Below are positions 1-8,452 of a stretch of DNA of 64,000 nucleotides, piece after piece. The notes beneath the pieces were generated by a model. The model saw nothing but the letters and a program-made list of their open reading frames with translations, made no database searches and was not told where the DNA came from. The position numbers were made by a program, and so were the translations under genes. This DNA is from an uncultured Gemmataceae bacterium (GTDB lineage Bacteria > Planctomycetota > Planctomycetia > Gemmatales > Gemmataceae). The stretch spans positions 1,536,001-1,600,000 of the forward strand of contig CAVVPN010000011.1 in NCBI GenBank assembly GCA_963750165.1, read 5' to 3'. Numbering within the stretch: the first letter of the stretch is position 1; each line of letters begins with the position of its first letter.

Positions 1-711
1 CAGCGCCCCCACCTCGATGTTCCGAGTCTGGGCCGCCTCGGTGAAGTTAGCGGAGGTCACGAGCGCGACCCGACGGTCCACCACCACGCACTTGGCGTGC
101 AGGCTCGACCGCTTCACCGCCTCGGCGTCCAGTGACCGGGGATCGTAGTACTGTTCCGGCAGACGGCCGCCAGGCCATTCCTGCGTGCGAAACCGGTGGG
201 CGAAGCGGCGCAGCAATTCCCAGTCTGGGGCATAATCACCTGGGGACCGCTGCACGTCGAGGAACAACCGCACTCGCAGGTCGGGCACTTCAGCCATGCG
301 CTCTGCCAGGGGGCGGAACACCTCCCGTCCCTGGTAGACCGCGAATCCGGCGACCAGTACCTCCGACTCAGCACAGCCAAACAAGTCGCGAACAACGACC
401 CCGGTGTCGCGGTTGCTGATGCCGAGCGTTTCCGGCCCGGTCCAAACGAGGTCAATCACATCTGCCGGTTGGGGGTGCTGAACCCGCGTCGTCAGCACCG
501 CCTCGGCGAGATGTGCCAGGTGCCGCGGTTGCATACCCTCCCCGTCGAGGTGGGCCAGGTACTGTGTGACTGCCGCGGCATGCCCCGTGTCGCAGAAGCG
601 GCCGACCGCTACCGCTTTGTACGGCGGTTGCAGCCGGCCTGACCGCAGCGCTGATGCCAGTGCCATCAGGTCAACGTCAGTGAGAAGTTGCAGGGCGTCC
701 ACGGGGTTCAC
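1..711 (-). CDS. drmC: DISARM phospholipase D-family nuclease DrmC (3' end runs off the window)
   Basis: Hand translation from GTG at 711 (GTGA overlap with the drmB stop): MNPVDALQ...DLVWTGPE...SLHAKCVVVDRRVALVTSANFTEAAQTRNIEVG. HxK(x4)D PLD motif; directly downstream of drmB. Absent from the ORF track because no stop falls inside the window. Confidence 0.9.
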   Translation of the reverse strand, partial: MNPVDALQLLTDVDLMALASALRSGRLQPPYKAVAVGRFCDTGHAAAVTQYLAHLDGEGMQPRHLAHLAEAVLTTRVQHPQPADVIDLVWTGPETLGISNRDTGVVVRDLFGCAESEVLVAGFAVYQGREVFRPLAERMAEVPDLRVRLFLDVQRSPGDYAPDWELLRRFAHRFRTQEWPGGRLPEQYYDPRSLDAEAVKRSSLHAKCVVVDRRVALVTSANFTEAAQTRNIEVGAL

Positions 712-2519
712 TCCGCCTGGAAAAACTCCGCCCCCGAATCCGCGACGGTCGGGACCACCAAGGCCCGGTCCAGGAAGTCGTTGAATTGCTCACAGGACGT
801 TTCCGCGACCAGCAGGCAGCCGTGACAGGCCGCCCCGTGCAGGTAGCGGCTCTCGTGTGGGTTCGGCGGCTCATGCTGGGCACAGACAGGGTCGTTGGAG
901 CACAACCGGCCCAACTCCAGCGCCGACCGCAGGTGCCGGTCGATCCTCCGTCCCTCTTCCACCAGCCCGCCCAGGGTTCCCTCGGCGTCCGGGGAGCCGG
1001 TGTAGAGCAGGATGCCGTAGCCGGCCTCCGTGGCGTACACGCGCTCCCGGATCGAACTCGCCGGGTAGCCGCACTCCAGGGCCACCGAAGTCAGCAGCAG
1101 GTGCGACAAGGAATGCAGCAGGAAGTACGGCAGTCCGGGAAACTCGCGGCGGCTGTGGGGGTGGGCCGCCTGCCACGCCTCGAAACCAGCGAGGAGTTGC
1201 TTGCCCCGCGCCTGCACCTCAACTTTTTTTACCCACCGATCAATGGCCTCCTGGCGGAACTGCAGGAAGATGCCCTCCCCGCGGTTCTCCACGGCAGGCA
1301 GCCACGACAACTCCCGCGCCAGGGGTGCCGCCTGTGCGCCGAGTTCCAACTCCCCCTGGACGTTCGCGGTATTCGCCTCGAACCGGGTGAAGCCCACCTG
1401 GGCGGTGACTTCCCGCAGCCGGTGTACCAGCACCACCCGTTCCACGATGCCCTTCCATGCTTTGTCCAACGCGGCTGGCGGCAAAGCCCGGGCAAGGAAG
1501 TCGCCGTCGGGCACGTCCTTACCCACTTCTTCCCTGGCGGCGACCAGCGCCTCAAATTCGGCCTGTTTGACCGACTTCATTGGGCTGCCACCGCCGGCAC
1601 CCTTGCGGGCCTGGATCTCCTGGAACACCTCCTCGTCGCTGAAGCCCTCCAGCGCCCCCTTGACGGGCGGCCTCTTGCGGCGCTCTGAGCGAAGGTCGTC
1701 CAGGTCCTCGACGTACTGCAGGTGATGCTGCCAGACCGCGTTGACCGCTTTCTCCAGCGACTCGTTGCGGTCCGGCAGCGAGATCACGCTCATGACTCGT
1801 GGGAAGTAGGCGTTACTGGCCGAGCGCACCAGCAGCCGGTTGGGCTCGTCGCAGCCTTCCTTCGAGTCGCGCCCCAGCCAGGGGCGGTTGCCGTCGCAGT
1901 GGCCGAGCAACCGCCGCTCCGGCAGCGTGGCGTCGGCCAACCGCCGGTGCTGCCCGCATTCGCAGCGCAGCACAATCTCGGCCAGGTCGCCGCTGGTGCC
2001 GCGCTCGTCCACCCAGAGCTGGCGCCGGCACTCGGTCACCGCGCGGTGGGTGAAGGTGTACCAGTCGATGTCGCCGATGTGCCCCTTCCGGCAGGCGCGA
2101 ACGAAGCGGATCGGCACCACCGGGTGCTTCTTCTTGTCCTGGTCGATGAACTTGCCGCGCGTCAGACCCCGCCGGTGGATCAGCAGACGCGACCGCGTGG
2201 CGCGGTCGCCGCGCTCGACATCCTGGGTGATGAACCATTCAGGGAATTGCCAGGCGGTGATGCCGGTCCTTGGCCCCGTGGGAGCTTCGCTGTCGGGGGG
2301 AGGGCCGTACAGGCGCAGGTCGGGCGCCTCCAGGAGGCGCTTGAGTTTTTCGACCAGGCGGGGTTCGTGGACCTCCTCGCCGACGCCGAACCAGTGGTCC
2401 AGGCCGCCGACGATCACGGAGTGGTTGGGCAGGTCCAGCAAGGCGCCGGGGCCGAACGTGGTGACGACCTGGCTGTGACGCACCTGCCCCTGCGGCCGGG
2501 CGTTGGGGTTCTTGCTCAT
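708..2519 (-). CDS. drmB: DISARM DUF1998-domain protein DrmB
   Basis: MSKNPN...VRHSQVVTTFGPGALLDLP; C-terminal LHSLSHLL, CSNDPVC...GAACHGC...ETSCE (DUF1998 Cys cluster). ATG overlaps the drmA stop (ATGA). Confidence 0.92.
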   Translation of the reverse strand: MSKNPNARPQGQVRHSQVVTTFGPGALLDLPNHSVIVGGLDHWFGVGEEVHEPRLVEKLKRLLEAPDLRLYGPPPDSEAPTGPRTGITAWQFPEWFITQDVERGDRATRSRLLIHRRGLTRGKFIDQDKKKHPVVPIRFVRACRKGHIGDIDWYTFTHRAVTECRRQLWVDERGTSGDLAEIVLRCECGQHRRLADATLPERRLLGHCDGNRPWLGRDSKEGCDEPNRLLVRSASNAYFPRVMSVISLPDRNESLEKAVNAVWQHHLQYVEDLDDLRSERRKRPPVKGALEGFSDEEVFQEIQARKGAGGGSPMKSVKQAEFEALVAAREEVGKDVPDGDFLARALPPAALDKAWKGIVERVVLVHRLREVTAQVGFTRFEANTANVQGELELGAQAAPLARELSWLPAVENRGEGIFLQFRQEAIDRWVKKVEVQARGKQLLAGFEAWQAAHPHSRREFPGLPYFLLHSLSHLLLTSVALECGYPASSIRERVYATEAGYGILLYTGSPDAEGTLGGLVEEGRRIDRHLRSALELGRLCSNDPVCAQHEPPNPHESRYLHGAACHGCLLVAETSCEQFNDFLDRALVVPTVADSGAEFFQAE

Positions 2520-5500
2520 GCGTCGTCCTCCACCACGTCGATGTTGTCCAGCGTCTTGACCCAGAGGTTGGCGCTCGGCTCCACGTCGCGCATGGAGCGG
2601 TTCGCCCGGAACTTGCGGTGCCGCATGGGCAGCGTCTTCAGCTCCGGGTTCAGGAACTCGTACAGCAAGCGCCGCGGCGAACCCTCCTCCTTCTGGTACT
2701 GGAGTTGCACCCCCAGGTCCTGGTACTCCTTGGCGATCTTGTCCCACTCGTCCAGCAAATCCCTGGACCGTTCCAGCAGCCGGTTCTTCAGTTCTTCCGC
2801 CTGCTCAGGCGTTTCGCCGAAGTCCTCGGCACGCCGGGCCAGCGCCCTGGCAACCCAGTCCAGTTTGCCCCGCTCCTTGAGAATCTCCATGGCGCCCCGG
2901 GCCGGCGTCAGTCCCGGGTGCCCCTGGCGGGCGAGTGCCACCAGGGTGCCGGCCAGGCCGCGGTCCAGCGCCCGCGGCGAAAACGGCGTCACGCTGGTCG
3001 CCTCGACGTTGCGGTAGAACGACTGGTGGTAGAAGGCGAAGCGCTCGAAGTGCGAGCGGTCGCGCGGCCGGTGGATGTTCAGGATGGTGACCACCAGGCC
3101 CGGCCGGTTCGGGTTGCGGCCGACGCGGCTGGTGGCCTGGATGTACTCGGCGCTGGTCTTGGGCTGGCCGAGCACCACCATCAGGCCCAGGCGGGTGATG
3201 TCCAGGCCGACGGAGATCATGTTCGTGGCGATGGCCACGTCCACCCGGTCCTTCTCCCAGAACGGCAGCGCCAGGCGGCGCTTGGCCTCGGCCACCCGGT
3301 CCGTGCTGACGCGCGAGGTCAACTCCAGCACCTCGTAGGCGATCTGCCGGGTGGCGAACAAGCCTTCCGCCTCCCCCTCGCGCTTGCGGCTGGCGTAGCC
3401 AGTCAGCCGCGTGCTCACCTCGTCCTCGACGATGCGGCGGCTGCCGCCCAGCTCGCGCAGGCTGTTGAAGTAGCCCAGCAGCGTCAGGTACGGGTCCGCC
3501 GGGTTGTCCTTGACCTTCTTGCCCCCGACGGCCTCGTACCACTTCTGGGCCGCGCCGAGCAGGGCCAGGTACACGCGCAGCAGGACGACCTTGGGGCTGC
3601 GGCCCTGGGCGGCGATGCCCAGGTAAAGCCTGGCGTGGCTCTCGGCGGTGGTGTGCGTGAGCGCGAAGAAGGAGTCGCGGCGGTTCGGGCCGGGGGGCGG
3701 GAAAATGTCCACGGTCCGGCGGCTGAACAGCGCCCGAATCTGCCGCTCCGCCCGCCGCACCGTCGCCGTCGAGGCCACGATCTTCGGCCGGATCTTCTTG
3801 CCGCCCTGCTCGCGCACGCACAGTTCGTCGAGGGCGGACTCGTACAGCCCGACCATCGTGCCCATCGGGCCGGAGATCAGGTGCAGTTCGTCCTGGATGA
3901 CCAGGTCGGGCGGCGGCAGCTGCTGGCCGGGCAGCGGCTGCCCGGCGTTGGGCTGGCACGGCCCGTAGAAGCCGTGCTTGTCGTAGCGGTCCACGCGGCC
4001 GAAGAAGCCGCCGACCGGGCCGGTCCACGGCAGGGCCGCGAACTTGTCCACCGTGGCGATCAGGAAGCAAGGCAGTCGCCGGTAGATCGGATCATCCACC
4101 GCCAGGATCGGCAGCGCCTGGTTGCGGGTGAAGGCGCACTTGCGGTTCACGCAGGTGATGCGCAGGTCGGTCGGGTAATCGGCGTTGGGCACCAGGTTGA
4201 ACGAGTCGGGCGTGAACTTCTCGCCGCACCAGGGGCACGCCTCCAGTGGGACCGGCGGGGCGTTGCTCTTGCCGCTCTTGTAATGGATGGTACGAGTACG
4301 GGCCGAGTGCTCGTTGCCGTCGCCCTTGTGACCCATCTCGTTCGGCGTGGCGGCGCGGCCGACCCACAGGCCGATCTCAAACGGCCAGTCCCCCAGCCGG
4401 TCGGCGTGCTGCTGCCGCTCCAGTTCCAGGGCGCAGATGAGGGTCGCGGCGCGGCCGAGCTGGTCCAGCGTCAGCAGCCGGAGTGTGTAGCGCATGAGCA
4501 CGCTCAGCCCCGCGCCGGCCACGCCGGGGTGCCGCAGGCGCCGCAGCACCAGGGTGAACGCCGCCAGGCCCAGGTACGCCTCGGTCTTGCCGCCGCCGGT
4601 CGGGAAGAACAGCAGGTCCACCACCGCCCGGTCGTCGCACGTCGGCTCGGCGACGCCCTGCAGGTTCATCAGCAGAAACGCGAGCTGGAACGGCCGCCAC
4701 CGCGGCGCCGCCACGCTTCCCGCGTCCTGGCCGCTCGCCATCCCGGCCCGCCGCCGGGCGGCGACCGCCATGACGCGGTTGGCGGTACGGAACGCCTCCA
4801 GGATCTGCGGATCCTCCAGCAGCTGGATGCCCGCCTCGATCCGGTTGGCGGCAACCTGGGCGCGGCTGAGCAACTCGGCCCCCGTCTCGGCCCGACATTT
4901 GGGGCGGGTGGGGATGACCGTTTTCTGTACCTCGATCCAGGCCCGGTACCGGGTAACCAGGGCCGACAGCTTCGCCCGCGCCGCCGCTCCGTCGGCCAGG
5001 TCCGCCAGCTGCTCCATCCCCAGTTCCGCGCCGGGAATATCCGCCGGGGCCACGCGCTCCACCTCGGCGGAGGGAATCCAGCGGGTGTGTACCTCGCGAC
5101 AATCATCCGCGCCATCGAGGACGGCCCGGGTGGCGACGCCGTGGCCCACGGCGAACTCGCAGGCGTCGCGGTACTGCAGGTCGGCGACGCGCTCGTCCCA
5201 GTCGGTGGACTCCAGGCCGCGCAGGTTGGGCCGCGGCACGAACGGCTCGGCACAGCGCACCTCCAGTGCCGCCTGGAAGGCGAAGGCGCTGTCGCGCTGC
5301 TCGTCCGGGGCGGGGACGCGCCGGTTCACCAGGAACACCGAGACGGAGCGCGTCCCCTTCGGCACCAGGCCGTCGAAGGCGGGGATGTCCTTGACCGGGC
5401 GGACCGCCAGGGCCACCTTCAGGGTTCCGCCTTTGGGACCGGCACTCCCGGGCACGTCCCACTCGGCCGGCTTCTGGGACGGGGAGAGCTTCAACGTCAC

Positions 5501-5976
5501 CTGTTCGACCCGCTCCCTGCGCTGCTACCCCTCGACTTCCCCCGGGTCAAAGAGTTGCCCTTGAATCGGTGGGGGTTGGCCGGGTCGAACAGGGTGGGCT
5601 GCGCGGTGCCTGGGTTGGGGGTGCGCGGCCGATAATCGCCCCAGCGGACGGTGACGTGCAATTCCCTGGCCCCCTTCGGCACCAGCAGGCTGAGGCCCAG
5701 CGACGACGGGAAAAAGGCACGGCGGGCCGCGGCCGGTTCAGGGGTGTTGTCGTCGTCGGTGCCCCCGCCGGTGTCCAGGGCGTCCACGCCCTCGCCGGCC
5801 GTCTCGTCGGCTTTCTGATCCTCATCGGCGTCGATGGGCACCAGGAAGCCGGTCAGGTACCAGCGGGACGGGGACTGCGGCAGTACCTCGTTGAGCAGTT
5901 CGGAACCGCGATCCGGGCCGATCAGGTCCAGGCCGAGGGTGCCGACCAGATGCGACCGGACTTCCGCCGAGGTCAT
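2516..5976 (-). CDS. drmA: DISARM helicase DrmA, split near 5500-5575 by a frameshift plus an in-frame TAG
   Basis: N-part MTSAEVRSHL...PSRWYLTGFL (5976-5497). C-part 5500-2516 has FPTGGGKTEAY, IQDELH, STAT, ATNMISVGLD and QATSRVGR helicase motifs. Confidence 0.9.
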
Positions 5977-6011
5977 AATGGCCTTCCTCCGAATTTCCGG
6001 GGCCGGTGTTG

Positions 6012-6896
6012 TCATTCCGCGGCCTGTTTCGCGCCAAACTCCGGCCATTGTCTGTCTTCCGCGCGGCAGACGACTTCCTCTTTCGTCGGGTCAACCGGTT
6101 GCACAATCATCGTCTGCCCGAGCACCCTGCAAAAATGTTGCGATTCGGTACTGTTCAGCGTGAGAAAATGAGAAATCCCCGCGGACTCCAACGCGATCAG
6201 CAGGTCACCGACCGTCAGGCACGGGTCCTCCCTGGCTACTTTCGCAGAATTGGCCACCATCTTTGCCAGGAACTTTTCGGCCTTCCGAATCTCGGCCGAT
6301 TTCTTTTCCAGCGGAAGCGAGCGGAAATGCTGAAGGACCTTGTTTGTCAGGCCCGTGCGTTGATCGAGAAACGCACGAATGCCGCACACGCCCGGCTTGA
6401 CCTGGCTGCACCGGTCTCCCCCCAGTTCGTAGCGCCGCAAGGCGACCTTCTCAACGACGGGCTGAAGTGCGCACGCGCACTGGGAGTCGTCTCGAACCTC
6501 ATCCACCGCCTGGTCGAAACGCCGAAGCCCTGTGACCAGCAAACTCCGCAGGTAGAGCCGGAGCCGTTCCGCCCGTTCGGCGTCGCTGCCGCGATGCACC
6601 TGGAGCAAGGTTTGTAAACAGATGGTGCGCTTCCGTTGGTGCCACGGACCGAACAGGCGAATGACGTGCTGGAACACTTCCTCGAAGGAGTCGTACCGGT
6701 GCAGCAAGCCCAGGAGGTAGACCGCCTCCTTCATGAGGCGGCGCTTGAATTCCTGGCGAACAACCAGGCCGGTGACGTGCCTGGAATGTTGCGACAGGCG
6801 CTGCTTGATCGCCGCCTTCGTTTGAGGACCGTGGACTTGCCGTGCAATCTGGATCGAGGTGTCCAGGAACAGGTCCGGTTTCGGGGCGCTGGTCAT
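6012..6896 (-). CDS. PIN-domain-like protein (putative RNase/toxin)
   Basis: N-terminal LFLDTS, mid VVRQEF, C-terminal VGDLLIALE...FLTLN match the acidic-residue spacing of PIN domains. Alternative TTG start at 6923 overlaps the upstream stop. Confidence 0.6.
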   Translation of the reverse strand: MTSAPKPDLFLDTSIQIARQVHGPQTKAAIKQRLSQHSRHVTGLVVRQEFKRRLMKEAVYLLGLLHRYDSFEEVFQHVIRLFGPWHQRKRTICLQTLLQVHRGSDAERAERLRLYLRSLLVTGLRRFDQAVDEVRDDSQCACALQPVVEKVALRRYELGGDRCSQVKPGVCGIRAFLDQRTGLTNKVLQHFRSLPLEKKSAEIRKAEKFLAKMVANSAKVAREDPCLTVGDLLIALESAGISHFLTLNSTESQHFCRVLGQTMIVQPVDPTKEEVVCRAEDRQWPEFGAKQAAE

Positions 6897-6919
6897 GTAG
6901 GGCTCGATTCCACCGCGGT

Positions 6920-7543
6920 TCAATCCGACTCATCCGCCGCCGAGTCGCCGGAGATGGCGGCGAACGGGTCGAAGCCGGCGTCCTCGATCAGGCGCAAGGC
7001 TTCCGTCAGGTCGTCCACCGTCTTCGTCGCCGGCCCCAGGTAGTCCTTGACCAGGTCCACGATCTTCTTGCACTGGTCCGCGGTCAGCGTTTCCGCCCGC
7101 CTCTCCAGGAAGAAGCACCGCATCATGCCCTGCACGTGGTTGAGGATCGTCTGCCAGTCCACGTCGCGGCCTTCCCGCAACTTCCACAGTTCGGCCAAAC
7201 TCTGGTCCAGCCGGTCGGCCGCGACCCCGAGGCCCATCAGGTCGTTCGCCTTGGCCGCCCGGTGCATGGCTTCGGCGGCCTCCTGCGCCTCGTTCCAGTG
7301 CTTACGGAAGGCGCGGCGGACGTCGGTCGCGGGCAACGGCCGTTCTTGCCCCCTCTGCCCCCTTCCGGGCGGGCGCCGCTGCAAACTGGGGCCGCGCTGG
7401 ACGACGGCCCGACCGACCCAGACGCCTTCCCCGGTTGCCGTCCCATAATAGGATTCGGAAGTTGACCCGCCCGTCTTTTCAGGAAAGTCCAGCCGACGGT
7501 TCTCGTCGGCAACGGTGACAGGCCGTTCCAGGTCCAAGGGCAT
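6920..7543 (-). CDS. hypothetical protein (low-complexity N-terminus, helical C-terminus)
   Basis: 207-aa ORF with an AGGGAG-like RBS, tightly packed between two co-oriented genes. Confidence 0.75.
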   Translation of the reverse strand: MPLDLERPVTVADENRRLDFPEKTGGSTSESYYGTATGEGVWVGRAVVQRGPSLQRRPPGRGQRGQERPLPATDVRRAFRKHWNEAQEAAEAMHRAAKANDLMGLGVAADRLDQSLAELWKLREGRDVDWQTILNHVQGMMRCFFLERRAETLTADQCKKIVDLVKDYLGPATKTVDDLTEALRLIEDAGFDPFAAISGDSAADESD

Positions 7544-7546
7544 GGC

Positions 7547-8380
7547 TCATCTCCCTTTCTTGCCGTTCCCAGGCGGGATCGCGCTGCGGAACCGTTCCAG
7601 GTTGTGGCTGGTGCAATCCCGAATGAACTCGGCCACGTCCAGCTCAACAGGATTTATCCGAAAGGCGTCAATGTCCAGTACCGTCGCGAAGGCCGAGTTG
7701 ATTTGCCGCTGGCGTTGCTTTTTGAGAGTCTGGGCGAGCGTCTCCTGCTGATGCTTCGGCAAACCGCTTGAGCGAATCGTCAGGTTGACATCCCCAAACG
7801 GCACCTGGGCGGAGCGCTCCATGCCGTTCACCGCGATCCGGTAAGAGCAATCCTCGCCTTCCATCAGTGCGGAAAAGCCGACGGCGTCGAGCGTGCAGCT
7901 GAACGCCTCGGCCAACGTCGAGGACACCGAGTGGATGCTCAGATCCTTCAGCCAGCGCTCCGCGTCGGCCTTGCTCTCACAGGGAAAATAGTAGAGTTCG
8001 CGGACGCCGATGCGGGACCACTGCTGCACTTCCAGTTCGTCGAACACCAGGCCCAGGGTGTCCTCCGCCAGTTGAGCAAAACGCTGTGCCTCGTCCGTGT
8101 CGATGAACTCATCCGTACCGGTCTTGTTGAGGTCCAGGCTGGCGCCGTGCATCGAAAAGCTGAGCGTCACGCCCGCCACCAGGTGAAAGACCGCCGTGCC
8201 CTTGGGGGTCGGGTCCGCCCCAAAAATCCACTCCGGCGACGACTGGATCAGTTTTCTGAGCAGACGCCCGCAGTGGTCGAGGTACAGGTGCCCGTCCAGG
8301 TAGCGCACCTCGCAGACCATCTGCCGCAGCAGGGCTTCCTTCCCCTTGAACAGGCGAGTTGTCGTGAACCCCTTGGCCAT
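7547..8380 (-). CDS. TIGR04255-like protein
   Basis: Motifs VCEVRY, SRIGVR and VLDIDAF resemble the ExRF / RIGLRY / LDID hallmarks of TIGR04255-type proteins. Confidence 0.6.
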   Translation of the reverse strand: MAKGFTTTRLFKGKEALLRQMVCEVRYLDGHLYLDHCGRLLRKLIQSSPEWIFGADPTPKGTAVFHLVAGVTLSFSMHGASLDLNKTGTDEFIDTDEAQRFAQLAEDTLGLVFDELEVQQWSRIGVRELYYFPCESKADAERWLKDLSIHSVSSTLAEAFSCTLDAVGFSALMEGEDCSYRIAVNGMERSAQVPFGDVNLTIRSSGLPKHQQETLAQTLKKQRQRQINSAFATVLDIDAFRINPVELDVAEFIRDCTSHNLERFRSAIPPGNGKKGR

Positions 8381-8452
8381 GACGCGGCACCACCCCGTAT
8401 GAATCCCTGGACTGTCATTCTCCGGGACGCTATCTGTACAAACAAGCGCAAT

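Noticed and set aside
5525..5527. Pyrrolysine or amber read-through in drmA
   Set aside because: No pyl genes seen, Trp fits the context, and a frameshift lies just upstream.
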